NCBI RefSeq assembly: GCF_964355755.1
Contig: NC_092672.1
Span: forward strand, 30,820,437 to 30,884,436
Direction: 5' to 3'
Origin: Antedon mediterranea
Taxonomy: Eukaryota; Animalia; Echinodermata
Length of the DNA: 64,000 nucleotides
Under the pieces are notes generated by a model. The model did not search any database, was not told the DNA's origin, and saw nothing but the letters and a program-made list of their open reading frames with translations. Shown in pieces: positions 25,170 through 39,157 of the stretch. The stretch's first letter is position 1, and every line of letters begins with the position of its first letter. Both the position numbers and the translations under genes were made by a program.

Positions 25170-28038
25170 CTAGATGGTACGCTCGCTTCGCTCGCGTACC
25201 GTCTAGGTCGTGCCCACAAATGGTTCTGGAATACATAATAATTTCAGCGTTAAAAAACTGGTGATTTCAAATGTACGTACAATAATACATGTCGTTTACA
25301 GGAACGAATAAATAGACACTGATTTATGTACTTAACTAAAATCAGCACCCTGAGAATTACTTCCGAAAGAGAAACTTGTCACAAAATGAGACCAATTGTT
25401 TTTAAGTCAAATTTAAACAAACTTAATTTGTGTTTTGTATGTAACATTAGGGTGAGGGATGGGGAAGTGGATGGGTGCAAAGAGGAACAATTTTTAAATA
25501 TTTTAAATATATTCTTTATCCATTTAGTTACGAAATATTAATTGTTTTCATGTTTTACAAATAATATACCACTAGACACAGTAAAACATTGCTATGTAAT
25601 ACTTTTTTGAAACTATCACCGTCCTAGTCGATTGAAATAGTACAGTACCTGTAACGATACATCACTACGACGTGTATGTTTATATAATGTAAAACAATTT
25701 GTGAAAACCACCTCTATTCGGGGAAAATCATAAATTCGATTTAATCGTCAATAAATATTAAATTATCTAACTCAACTTAATTAGTAGGCCTAATGGTTTT
25801 CAATTGTTTCTTAGAGCCAATTCATACTTAAGTTGGTTCCTACCCTACCCACCAAAGTTGTTCTGCGTTTAGGGGATGTTATGCACCGTAGGCCTCTACT
25901 GGCTTTACAACGCTACTCATGCCAGTGAGGGAAGGGTGATGATCGTGGGTGGTTTAAATGCAATAATAAAGATTTGTACATAATATGCGGCGACTGAAAA
26001 CGCTAGCTCATTATCTGTTTTAAAAAAATTATATCCAACCTCTGCAGCACAGATTAAAAAAAAAAATGGATCGAATTTCTGTTATGAGTATACAGTACTT
26101 GCCTTTACGACGCCTGAGGGAATAGACACTTGTGGAACAGAGATTGGAATGTTCCATTCATCGCAAATCAATACATTTGTATAAACGTATATTAAATCTA
26201 TGAAAATAGTATTTTTTAAAGAAAATCGGCCTGTCTTCAACATTATGATGCTGTACTCGAGCTGTTCAACCGGTTTTCAGCCATTAAAAACAATTATCGT
26301 AGGAGGAGATAGGAAAATGCGAAGCATCCTCGTATTATCGTCTGCGGGTATTTTTCAAGACGGACATCCATTAGACAGTGTATACCACGATCGAAAAACA
26401 CCCCTATTTGGGGCAAATCGTTGAACCTAAACTCGTTTTAATCGTCAATAACTAATTATCGAACTCAATTTAATTAGTAAACAGGGTTACATCAGGTGGT
26501 TAAAATCAGTACCGAGAGTACGAACCAACTTTATATACCATCGAGTAAACATTCTAGAAATAACGCGCGATTTACCGAATTTTGCCCTTACGTAAATTTA
26601 TATAGACTAGATGGTACGCTCGCTTCGCTCGCGTACCATCTAGGTCGTGCCCACAGATGGTTCTCGAATACATAATAATTTCAGCGTTAAAAAACTGGCG
26701 ATTTCAAGTGTACGTACCGCAGGACAATAATACATGTCGTTTACAGGAACGAATAAATAGACACTGTGATTTATGTACTCAACTAAAATTAGCACCCTGG
26801 GAATTACTTCCGAAAGAGAAACTTGTCACAAAATGAGACCAATTGTTTAAGTCAAATTTAAACAAACTTAATTTGTGTTTTGTATGTAACAGGGGATGGG
26901 GAAGAGGATGGGTGCAAAGAGGAACACTTTTTAAATATATTCTTTATCCATTTAGTAACGAAATATTAATTGTTTTCATGTTTTACAAATAATATACCAC
27001 TACACACAGTAAAACATTGCAATTTAATACTTTGTTGAAACTATCACCGTCGATTGAAATAGTACAGTACATGTAACGATACATCACTACGACGTGTATA
27101 TGTTTATATAATGTAAAACGATTTGTCTAACCACCTCTATTCGGGGAAAATCATAAATTCGATTTAATCGTCAATAAATATTAAATTATCTAACTCAACT
27201 TAATTAGTAGGCCTAATGGTTTTCAATTGTTTCTTAGAGCCAATTCATACTTAAGTTGGTTCCTACCCTACCCACCAAAGTTGTTCTGCGTTTAGGGCAT
27301 GTGATGTACCGTAGGCCTATCCTATACTGGTTTTACAACGCTACTCATGTCAGTGAGGGAAGGGTGATGATGTGGGTGGTTTAACTGCAATAACAAAGAA
27401 TGTGTACATAATATACGGCGAGTGCAAACGCTAGCTCATTATCCGTTTAAAAAAAATTTATATCCAACCTCTGCAGCACAGATTGAAAAAAAAAATGGAT
27501 CGAATTTCTGTTATGAGTATACAGTACTTGCCTTTACGACGCCTGAGGGAATAGACGCTTGTGGAACAGAGATTTGAATGTTCCATTCATCGCAAATCAA
27601 TACATTTGTATAAACGTATATTAAATCTATCAAAATAGTATTTTTTAAAGAAAATCGGCCTGTCTTCAACATTATGATGCTGTACTCGAGCTGTTCAACC
27701 GGTTTTCAGCCATTAAAAACAATTATCGTAGGAGGAGATAGGAAAATGCGAAGCATCCTCGCATTATCGTCTGCGGGTATTTATCAAGACGGACATCCAT
27801 TAGACAGTTTATACCACGATCGAAAAACACCCCTATTTGGGGGCAAATCGTTGAACCTAAATTCGTTTTAATCGTCAATAACTAATTATCGAACTCAATT
27901 TGATTAGTAAACAGGGTTACATCAGGTGGTTAAAATCAGTACCGAAAGTACGAACCAACTTTATATACCATCGAGTAAACATTCTAGAAATAACGCGCGA
28001 TTTACCGAATTGTGCCCTTACGTAAATTTATATATAGA
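25170..28038 (-). mobile_element. Head-to-tail dimer of a ~1.44-kb non-autonomous Helitron
   Basis: Minus strand: 5' TCTATATA..., 3' hairpin GATGGTACGC-GAGCGAAGCGA-GCGTACC(A/G)TC overlapping the terminal CTAG. Inserted between A and T with no TSD; units 25170-26606 and 26607-28038. Confidence 0.9.
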
Positions 28039-28419
28039 TTATGGATTAATTAATCAAATTCTAAGATAAACAAACGTCTAGGCGAAGTGACAAAGCAAAT
28101 TGTTCGGCGAAATCAAGAAAGTGAAAACTAACTAATGTGTTAATATAGTTAACATTTATTTGCAATTTTTAAATGAACTTCCGAAAACGTTTATAGGTAT
28201 TTTCTAGGATTCTCAAATATAAGATTGATTGAATCGAATCAAAACTGCGATCCCTGACCTGGCTATGTATAGTTTCGTTACGTCACTAACACTATATTTA
28301 AGATGTACTACTATAAATGAATGATGCTATGATGAACTACTACTACTAGGCCTAGTAGTACTACAGTTTCTACATATCCAGTCTGGTTCTTGTTGTTACT
28401 ACAAGGCAATCGGGATGAA

Positions 28420-28720
28420 ACCACTTAATGTCGCACGACGATTTAGTGCACATATCACTGTATTTAAATCGTCTTTTCCAACATTATCTTCGATGTGCAT
28501 TTTTAACTTGTACAAACAGTGTTACTGCTTTGGATAGTTAGTCATGTACTTGACTATACCATGGTCGCTGCAGCGATGTCCAACAACAGCCTAACATCAT
28601 TTTCAGAAATAAATACATCCAGTGGTATGAAGCGTATTAAATAGATTTAAATCGGTTTTTTTTCTTTTCATCCTCTAGAATTATAATTTTTTAAATCCAG
28701 AGAGAAACATTAAATTTTTA
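28420..28720 (-). pseudogene. Strongly decayed tandem-DED exon fragment
   Basis: LNLFNTL..FISENDVRLLLDIAAATM..VGKDDLNTVI resembles FISTTDVRLLMDIAEVTM..VGEKDLINVI of the 45-kb gene. Its probable 3' end (RVARNV|GTAAT) is at ~25007-25030, beyond the Helitron dimer. Confidence 0.7.
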
Positions 28721-28766
28721 AATCTCTATCACCAGGAGTGTATAGAGTCTATAAGCATAGAGTAAC

Positions 28767-30246
28767 AAAACAAGGCCATATTATAGATGGCTGCAGTCGC
28801 GTGCTCAAGTTAGTGTTTACCGACCGACCGACCGACCGACTGACCAAAAAAATGGCATGAAAAGTTGTTAAGAGCTCAGTTGTTGGCCATCCTGGAAACA
28901 GCACACATATTGAGGAAGCTGTTATGTATCTAAGCTTCTTATTAATTTCGTTTTGTTTCCCAAAGTGAGACTTGATTTCGGTACCACCGAGCCATACACA
29001 ATTGACTAAATTGTAGAAAGATTCCTCCGTGTATTTACTATACAATAACCACTTTGGTGCAGATAGATTTTTACATACCGCAATGAATTATAATTTTTTG
29101 CTATGATGAAATCTTTAAAAATATAAAAAAATGATGCACTGTCAAACTATATACTATTAAATTTAATATATGAATATTTTAAGTAAGAAAGTTAATGTTA
29201 AATTTGTTTTTTCGGCCTATGGAAATGTCATAATTTGTTTGAATGTCGAAATTATTTTTTTTAATTTAATATACAATAATGATGACTTAATCAACTTTTG
29301 TTCTCTTAATTTCATAATAAATCATACATATGATACACTTTTAAAAAATGAAATGCAAAATAGGTGTTCCCGAGTATTCTGACAATCTATATTAATATTC
29401 ATTAACATTTAACGCGCGGTGCGCATGCAAAAATCTGCGCACTCATGGCAATTTTTTAAACGCTTAAAATTTCCTGTAATGTATTTCATCGAAAATAAAT
29501 GTTGACAATTTTAAAAATGTTAAGCGCACGTACGCATGCGTTACATGCGCTACGCACGTAATTGTATTGCCATATGATGATTTAAGCCGATTTTCCACTA
29601 GTCGAATTTGTTCGCGCGAATCCAACGGTTTGAAGAGAAAAAATCGCCTACTCTCTTTCAACTACATGAGCGAATAGCTGCAACGTTCATGTTCCTTGCG
29701 TGGTTGCTGAGCATTTCAATTCGCATGACTGCTCGTGAAAGCGTCATAGCTCATTTCCTGAGCTCTGATTGGTGGCGCAATATTTCGCTTCGCAAAAAGT
29801 AGAAACAATTCGAACTAGTAAATTTCACTGAAGCGAAAAATCAAAGGAACTAGAATTCGTCGAAGAAGGGAGTATGACAGACATAAACTCGAATACGCAT
29901 GCGTATAGCATGACGCTTTCGATTCGCGCGAACAAATTCGCCTAGTGGAAAATCGGCTTTATGCACTGAAATTTATGAGTACCAAATTTTACTTAATTGT
30001 GATTCATGCTTGTGATGAAACGTAATTTCGATAAATCGTGCGTAGACCGCGTAATTTTTGATTGCGCACCGTGAAAACATAACCACATCGATTCCTGGCC
30101 ATAAGGAAAATACTGTGAAAAATTGACTTAGCTAGATGAAACTGATATCAAGAGAAGGCCATATACAAGTTAGTGTTTACCGACCAACCGACCAACCGAC
30201 CGACACAGTGAGCTGTAGAGTCGCGTCGCGCGCACGCGACTAAAAA
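28767..30246 (-). mobile_element. Helentron/DINE-1-like element, copy 2
   Basis: Reverse-complement homology to 10460-11187 at both termini and internally; (CGAC)n tracts. Confidence 0.78.
29585..29958. mobile_element. PIF/Harbinger-like MITE nested in the Helentron-like element
   Basis: ~38-bp TIR AGCCGATTTTCCACTAG(T/G)CGAATTTGTTCGCGCGAATC; 3-bp TSD TTA; the empty site is seen in the 10.7-kb copy. Confidence 0.9.
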
Positions 30247-30828
30247 TAAGTATGTTACTCCATGGTATAACATATCATTTCCTAATGGTATGAAGAAATA
30301 TTAGCTGTCCTCTCAAGTTGGCAACGTTTATCGTTGGTGGCGATATTCGTTTTGCCTTTTTTTTATTTTTGAAGTAAAAGCAAAATGAAGATTATACGGC
30401 TAAATATTAAAAAATCAAATCAAATAATATTTAATTTGATATTTTAATATTTAGCAGTATAATATTCATATAATGATTGGAGTATATTGCGGAAAAGTGT
30501 AAAAGTCAGTTTATAAAAATAATATAATGTCAGAAATCGGGAAAATGTGACATTACATCGGGAGAACTGATGATATACCTATAATTGTTCGATAGCCAAG
30601 TTGTTTAGTCAGCTTGTCGGTTTGTGACATCGCACTCTCTGTTTCTCGTTAGGACCCGGGATGCTCCCTCCCCATAAACATCTATTCTAATAAAACATCA
30701 TTTGGAATAATTCCCTCTCCTACTCCAACACTCTAATCCCCTACATATATTTATACACACACTATTGTAGATTCATAGATTATCTATAAGTTACCAAGCA
30801 TTTGTTACTGTGTTTTATCACTTAAAAA

Positions 30829-31374
30829 GCCCCTTTTTCACAGACGTTCCTGCAATAGACCGGTATGATGTTGGCGTCGTGCCGGTATCGTTGCCGGTAT
30901 ATACCCATTCTCATCGGACTATCGTGCCGGAATTATAACCGGTATATAACGGCTTTCTGTGAGAAAGGAGTCGGGAATATTCGGACGACAATAAAAGGTC
31001 TGACAAAATAATTATTGAGGGCGTCTGATGACGGCTATTTAATTGCTGTACCTGTATAATATATGCACAATATACTGTACATAGCATGTACTGCATAAAT
31101 ATGCTATAAAGGAAGATAATATCTGTAACTTAAAATTCGCCGCCATATATCGCTATACAAAAATAATAACAATAAAGGACGCCCTCAATAATTATTTTGT
31201 CAGAGACTTTTTATTGGCCGAATATGCCCGACACCTTTCTTACAGAAAGCAGATATATACCGGTTATTATTTCCGGTACGATAGTCCAATGAGAATGGGT
31301 ATATGCCGGTAACGATACCGGCACGACGCCAGCATCATACCGGTATATTGCAGGCACATCTGTGAGAAGGGGGC
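30829..31374. mobile_element. Fold-back MITE with ~200-bp imperfect TIRs
   Basis: 30829-~31025 is the inverted repeat of ~31178-31374 (GCCCCTTTTTCACAGA.../...TCTGTGAGAAGGGGGC). TSD not resolved. Confidence 0.85.
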
Positions 31375-31583
31375 GAAGAGAATTTATTTGATTATACCTG
31401 TAAATGCTAGTAGACCTACCATATTACCCTTAACAAAGTAAGCGCCTCCCTCCAATGAACTTCATAAAGTCCATGTTACAGAAACATTAAGAAATTAACG
31501 ATCATCATATTACTTAAATAAGACCATTATGTTTGTTTTGATTCTATAACGAGATACAAAAATAATAATATAAAAAAACATAC

Positions 31584-32545
31584 TTTCAACAACACCAATT
31601 TCCTTCATGTCCTTAATAAATGTATCCCAATTCTCTTTGTTTATTACACCTCTGGATTTTTCAAGATCAAAGAGCATATCCCAGCGGTCCGAATATTTTT
31701 TAGTAGGAACATTAAATCTTTCGTTGATTTTTTTCACGCCCGTGTCCGATAAGTTGGAGAAAAATTTCAGTACTCCTTGCCGGTGCTGTGTAAACGATGA
31801 AACTCCTGCATATGGAAACGATGGCAGCAGGTTTTGAAGCTCGCTTCTCAGTCCAACTTGATTGGTGATGGTAATCGTATCGTGTAGAAGTTTGAGATTA
31901 TTCCTACTTAGTTTTCCAGCAGCATTCAATGCATTTAACAGACCTATTGTTCTTTTTTCTTTGTTATTACTGAACGTTGCGGTATCCAATAAGTCAATGC
32001 ACGTACATTTGAGTCTATTGAATAATCCCTCGTGACTGCGATCATCATACCAGGCTGCAAATTTTACATTTAATTTTTTGTAGTTGTCCATTGATATTCC
32101 TTATAAAACAAACAAATACAGTACATTAATTTGACTAATTGCTACCCCTATAACACCTAATCTAATTTTAGTTCTTAACCTGAAATTTTTTGCTATAAGG
32201 GAGAAAGAAAGAATCTCATAAAATAATGTTTAGCGTGTACCATATCTGTTGATGATTCTTGATGTGATTCTTCCCTGAATGAACTAGAGGTTGGATTTCC
32301 AAAAAACAATATGTATAGAGTTTATATTATATGTTGCATATTTTTCTAGTTGTCATTATCGTCCTGGTATACATTTATATTTAATATGGGTATTAATACT
32401 GCCCATGGTTTATCATTCAGATAGCCTGGTAAATATTATATCATCACGTCGTGTTTTAATGATTTAAACAGTGTAAAATGTACTTTTAACAAAATATGTG
32501 TAAATGTTCTGTACCTTGATCGTCCCTGGTACCTGTGCTCATCAT
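31584..32545 (-). CDS. Tandem death-effector-domain-like protein (type A): main exon 32099-31584, putative start exon 32545-32515
   Basis: Two helical repeats (LLNALNAAGKLSRNNLKLLHDTI; FTQHRQGVLKFFSNLS...WDMLFDLEKSRGVINKEN) resemble caspase-8/cFLIP-type DED pairs. Acceptor TTTTATAAG and phase-1 donor GAAA|GTATGT; the upstream exon MMSTGTRDDQG joins in frame. Confidence 0.75.
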
Positions 32546-32807
32546 CTTGCTAATCTTGATCTTTCAAAGTAGAATCTTTAAATAGTATTATTATCTTCGT
32601 ACGAGTTTTTAAATGTAGAATCTAAATATAAAGTTAAATTCCAAATACTTTATTATTGACAAAATCTATATTATCATATTCTAATATGTGTTTGACTAGG
32701 CTGATCGAAATGCATTTTAAAAAGTTGACTGAATTATGTCACCTCCTACAGTATATCATCTTCAATCCACACACCCCAAATATTTTGTGGATATGATGAT
32801 TAGGAAA

Positions 32808-33085
32808 ACGAGAGGGTGAGCTCGCTTTGCTCGTTCCCCTCTAGTAAGTGTAGACGTTTTAGACGGCTTGCAACATAGGCTAGCACAAGTATCCTAAGGT
32901 CCTAATGGGACCGTGATAATTCACAGTTATTCCTGCCAGCTTACTCAACAACTCGGCTATCGGGGTTTCACACGATTTCAAACAAAATGTCTTATCAGTT
33001 CTCACGATGTAATTTTATATACTACAGTATTCCCGGGAGTATTCCCCACAATATACTCTTCAGAATTAAGCAAAATTTATATATA
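32808..33085 (-). mobile_element. Short Helitron remnant (same family as 38623-39157)
   Basis: Hairpin GAGGGTGAGCTCGCTTTGCTCGTTCCCCTC; its 5' end TATATATAAATTTTGCTTAATTCTGA resembles that at 38623. Confidence 0.6.
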
Positions 33086-36000
33086 CTAGATGGTACGCTC
33101 GCTTCGCTCGCGTACCATCTAGGTCCGTGCCCACAGATGGTTCTCGAATACATAATAATTTCAGCGTTAAAAAAACTGGCGATTTCAAATGTATACGTAC
33201 CGCAGGACAATAATACATGTCGTTTACAGGAACGAATAAATAGACACTGTGATTTATGTACTGTAAAATTAGTACCCTGGGAATTACTTCCAAAAGAGAA
33301 ACTTGTCACAAAATGAGACCAATTGTTTAAGTCAAATTTAAACAAACTTAAAATGTGTTTTGTATGTAACATTTGGGTTGAGGGATGGGGAAGAGGATGG
33401 GTGCAAAGAGGAACAATTTTTAAATATATTCTTTACCCATTTATTAACGAAATATTAATTGTTTTCATGTTTTACAAATAATATACCACTAAACACAGTA
33501 AAACATTGCGATTTAATACTTTGTTGAAACTATCACCGTCATAGTCGATTGAAATAGTACCGTACATGTAACGATACATCACTACGACATGTTTATATAA
33601 TGTAAAACAATTTGTGAAAACCACCTCTATTCGGCGAAAATCATAAATTCGATTTAATCGTCAATAAATATTAAATTATCTAACTCAACTTAATTAGTAG
33701 GCCTAATGGTTTTCAATTGTTTCTTAGAGCAAATTCATACTTAAGTTGGTTCCTACCCTACCCACCCCCTACCCACCAAAGTTGCGTTTAGGGCATGTAC
33801 CGTAGGCCTATCCTCTACTGGTTTTACAACGCTACTCATGCCAGTGAGGGAAGGGTGATGATATGGGTGGTTTAACTGCAATAATAAAGATGTGTACATA
33901 ATATACGGCGAGTGAAAACGCTAGCTCATTATCCGTTTAAAAAAAATTTATATCCAACCTCTGCAGCACAGATTGAAAAAAAAATAGATCGAATTTCTGT
34001 TATGAGTATACAGTACCTGTACTTGCCTTTACGACGCCTGAGGGAATAGACACTTTTGGAACAGAGATTGGAATGTTCCATTCATCGCAAATCAATACAT
34101 TTGTATAAACGTATATTAAATCTATCAAAATAGTATTTTTTAAAGAAAATCGGCCTGTCTTCAACATTATGATGCTATACTCGAGCTGTTCAACCGGTTT
34201 TCAGCCATTAAAAACAATTATCGTAGGAGGAGATAGGAAAATGCGAAGCATCCTCGTATTATTGTCTGCGGGTATTTTTCAAGAAGGACATCCATTAGAC
34301 AGTGTATACCACCATCGAAAAACACCCCAATTTGGGGCAAATCGTTGAACCTAAATTCGTTTTAATCGTCAATAACTAATTATCGAACTCAATTTAATTA
34401 GTAAACAGGGTTACATCAGGTGGTTAAAATCAGTACCGAAAGTACGAACCAACTTTATATACCATCGAGTAAACATTCTAGAAATAACGCGCGATTTACC
34501 GAATTTTGCCCTTACGTAAATTTTATATAGACTAGATGGCACGCTCGCTTCGCTCGCGTACCATCTAGGGGTGCTCACAGATGGTTCTCGAATACAGTAG
34601 AATCCACGGACGGGGACTTTTTTGGGACACTAAACAAAAACGGAAGTGTCCCCCTAATTGGGGTATTCAGAAATAGAGACAACAAAACCAATACTGGATT
34701 CCATAAAGGACAATTAATTTATGTGGATTAAAGAAATTAGGGAGAAATGGAAATGTATGTACGGGAATTGGGCGGCAGCACGTGGTGGTGGTGATGGAAC
34801 CGCAGTAATAAAGTTGATTGTATTTATATATTATAAGAACCAAACTAAATAAATAGACCTAGACATTCTGCGAAATGGAAATCGGAAATTCAAGCTCCTA
34901 TTCAGTGAAAAATTAAACTGTAGTCTACCTAAATATTTAGGGCAAATCATCGGTTGTGGTGTTGAACTTCCTGTAAACATTTGTGTGAACCAAACTGGGT
35001 CGAATTTCTGTCATGAGTACTGATTTGTTGGCCTGTGATTTATGACGCCTAAGGGATCTATCTAGACTTATTTTTTAGAATAATGTACGTACCTGTCAGA
35101 TACAATTGTCTTGTGTCGTATAATAAATAAGTACTGTAATAGTTACTGAAGTTACTATTAAAATCTCGTCAATGAAAACACGAAAATGTATATGCACTTA
35201 CTTATGAAAACGTATACAGTATTATACTCAGTTATTGAAACAGTAGGTTTAAAAAAGTTTCGTTTGTCTGTAAAATGATGTAATCAAGCTGTTTACATGA
35301 GTCTTAATTTATAAGCACATCAATAATAAAATAGTTTATCTATCCTGTAATTGCCGAGATTATGGTCGCTGTTGAATGAAATAAAGCCAATCGGTATCAT
35401 ATTTGTACAGAAACGTTTTCGCGGCCGAAGGGTGTAACCTAAATTCGTTGTATTATTATTATCGTCAAGAACTAACTGTAACTACATAGAAAGTAGGGTA
35501 TCATAAATTTGGCCTTAGCACTCGGGGGAGTGGCTAAGATGAAGTCCGTGGGACTACTAAATATAAATTGTAATGAACCTCGAGGGACATAAATAGGAAT
35601 ATTTCATGTTTCATTATCAATGTATAATAAATGGAAACTGTTTACCGATTCAAATAATAGAAATTGGTTTTTAACATTTTCCGAACCTATTGCAAGTTTA
35701 TTCTCAAAGGGCCCATATATTTACCTACCGTATGTGTTAAACCAAGGGCTCATAAATTTACCTACAGTACTTGTGTTAAACCAAACTACTGGATGTTCCA
35801 TTCATCGCAAATCAATACATTTGTATAATCGTATATTAAATCTATCAAAATAGTATTTTTTAAAGAAAATCGGCCTGTCTTCAACATTATGATGGTGTAC
35901 TCTAGCAATCTATCAAAATAGTATTTTTTTAAAGAAAATCGGCCTGTCTTCAACATTATGATGGTGTACTCTAGCTGTTCAACCGGTTTTCAGCTATTAA

Positions 36001-37081
36001 AAACAAGTATCGTAGGAGGAGATAGGAAAATGCGAAGCCTCCTCGCTATGTAACATTAGGGTTGAGGGATGGGAAAGCGGATAGGTACAAAGAGGAACAA
36101 TTTTTAAATATATTCTTTATCCACTGAGTAACGAAATATTTTGTTCATGTTTTATAGGCCTATAAATAATATACCTCTAAATACAGTAGGCCTAAAACAT
36201 TTGCGATTTAATACTTTGTTAAAATTGTCACTGTCATAATCGATTGAAATATTAAAGTACATGTCACGATACACCACTACGACGTTTACATTTTTGGTAA
36301 TTATTAATTAATACAAACGTTGAGAAGGAACTGTCAGTATAAAGTTTATTTGTATATCTAACAGTAGAGCCTATCCACAGTCTCAGTAATAAAGTTTATT
36401 TGTATATATTTTTATATTACATCTAACAGTACGAACATTCACAGTAAGAAATGTTCGATTCAAATGAAAAATAGTTAATAGGTATTTACAGTATTGTCAA
36501 AGTATTGCAAGTTTATTCTCAAAGGGCCCATATATTTACCTACCGTATGTGTTAAACCAAGGGCTCATAAATTTACCTACAGTACTTGTGTTAAACCAAC
36601 TCTGGCAGACTGAGAGATTGGGATGTTCCATTCATCGCAAATCAATACATTTGTATAATCGTATATTAAATCTATCAAAATAGTATTTTTTAAAGAAAAT
36701 CGGCCTGTCTTCAACATTATGATGGTGTACTCTAGCTGTTCAACCGGTTTTCAGCTATTAAAAACAATTATCGTAGGAGGAGATAGAAAAATGCGAAGCC
36801 TCCTCGCATTTTTTTGGCGGGTATTTTTCAAGATGGACATCCATTAGACAGTGTATACCACGATCGGAAAACACCCCTATTTGGGGCAAATCTTTGAACC
36901 TAAATTCGTTTTAATCGTCAATAACTAATTATCTAACTCAATTTAATTAGTAAACAGGGTTACATCAGGCGGTTAAAATAAGTACCGAAAGTACGAACCA
37001 ACTTTACATACCATCGAGTGAAAATTCTAGAAGTAAGGCGCGATTTACCGAATTTTGCCCTTACGTAAATTTATATATAGA
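33086..37081 (-). mobile_element. Second Helitron dimer: a standard unit (33086-34531) and an expanded mosaic unit (34532-37081)
   Basis: Same TC/CTAG termini and hairpin; CTAG|TC junction at 34531/34532. The long unit has internal duplications (~35686-35905 vs ~36505-36735) and extra sequence. Confidence 0.88.
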
Positions 37082-38622
37082 TATACTACTTTGCACGTCT
37101 TGCACAAATTTGCAACTTACGTATGGAAATGTAATGCCGCCTGTAATGGCTATATGGAATTAAAATCCAGGTGTGATGTAGTTATAGTGTGAGTTGATTG
37201 TCCGATACGTGTGAGAAGATTACAACAATGAAGTAAATGTAAATGTAAATGCAGTTTAGCAACAATACAACAATATGAATAATAATTTAGAATGTGATTT
37301 GTGCATCATTCGCAATCAAGTGATTGGTTGCTTTCGATTTTTTTTTATGATCAAAATATAGAACCGACATAATTTTAAAATGAAACATCTTTTTTTATAC
37401 AATTAAAATTTTCATTGATGCATATTGATTGATGATTGGTGTAATCGAGTCTATTTATATATATTGTTGGGTAGGTTAAGCAGACATTCTTTTTTTGAAT
37501 GTTTTATCCGTGTTATGGGTAGTTTAACATTCACACACTGATTGCGTCGATGTGAATTACCATTCGTTCCTACACAATTAGATTAGAGGACGCATACTAT
37601 ATTGTATAATCTGTTAAATTTAAAATATTGATGATGACAAATAGATGAAAATCGTGAAAGATTTGTCAGAAAGTTGAAAACAAATATGAATTTTTAGATG
37701 AAATATAAAGTTAGTTTATAAATACTGTATATCTGTAGTATCATTCAAAATTCATTCAAAAGTCTTTTCAGTTTTTCAAATCATCTATCAAATGTTAATC
37801 GTAAAGAGAAGGCCATAATGGTATATTTTTCATGTCAAACACCGAAGGGGGAATGAACGATAAAATATAAACCTTGTGTAGTTGTATAGTGGTGTTAGAA
37901 AATTAAAAGCAAACACACAATCATACATACTTTAACAATGGAACAGATCCTATTGGCTGATTTATGTAGGAATTGCACCACAGCATAGAGGTATTCCTAC
38001 TCATGGACTCTGTGTGTAAATGTACACCATGTAATACTTAATTTTCAGGAAAATGATATTGGATATCAGTACAGATAGAAGTATTTTACATACCACACAG
38101 TATTCCTGGTAGTATTCATTTATCAATATCAATTCCATTTTAGTTGTTATTTACGGTTCAATCAATTTAAATACGTCTATTATCGCCAAAGTGTAGGTCT
38201 ACAAATAATTAATACCAAATCACAGTTGAAAGTATTTTGTAAATTATTACAAATATAACTGAGCAGATTTTGTGGTGCTGAGGAACCACCAATTCATAAT
38301 TATGTAGCCAGTTGAGATTGCATATTCTCCAGCGTACGATACTAGTGACACATTGGCTAATAATATGCACAAGAAAATGTAATGTAGGATTTTCAGGAAG
38401 CTGCAGTAAGTTCAACATAAAAGAGAGAATTTAAATAGTTTTTAATTGTTGTTGCTCTAAGAACATAATTTACTTAACTAAAACTAAAACTAAAATTTAA
38501 AAAAATTACTGATAAATTTTGTTTTTGAGCAGAATAATACAAAGAAAAATTTAAGAAATTAACCGAAAACAATATAATTAAAGAAAGAACATATGAAGAC
38601 AGATTTTACTGATTATTTGTAA

Positions 38623-39157
38623 TCTATATATAAATTATGGTTAATTCTGACATAGGCGAGCACAATGGAAAAACTTCGGTACTAATCTCCGCCTTGGATA
38701 CCTACCTTATCTTTCTCAGATGTACCGCGAAACGTAGATTTGATAACATTAGTTTCCACTATTTACGATATTGTTCCATATTTCTATCTTAGGAAGATAT
38801 TATAAAGGGTTTTATAAGAAAATTTCGGTAAAAGTAATTTCCGGGTTCACGGTAAGGTGTGTCAATCAACTTCCCTGCATGGCAAGAGTTCAACCAGGCT
38901 GTTTCAACTAAGTTGGTCGTTGGTGCTTGGTGGCGATCCATTTTGGGTTTTTTTTTTTGTTTATTTTCGGACCGCGCGTGGCAAATAATTATATAAAGTT
39001 ACATCGAGAGAAATGACTGATGATAAGAGCTTTTGTTTGAAATCGAATGAATTTCAATAATGATAACCGACTGAAAGCGTCCAGGCCAGAATGTCCTAAA
39101 ACTTTTTACCCGAGTCATTATCGGAGGGGGAGCGAGCGAAGCGAGCTTACCCTCTAG
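38623..39157 (+). mobile_element. 535-bp non-autonomous Helitron
   Basis: A|TCTATATATAAATT ... GAGGGGGAGCGAGCGAAGCGAGCTTACCCTCTAG|T. Confidence 0.85.

Noticed and set aside
32239-32275. 34-nt candidate exon between the start exon and the 32-kb DED exon
   Set aside because: It has AG/GT ends but breaks the frame when included; at most a UTR or alternative exon.
32987-33372. Overlapping ORFs in Helitron ends (also 26200-26424 and 27674-27871)
   Set aside because: Not conserved as frames among the four units; no Rep/helicase motifs.
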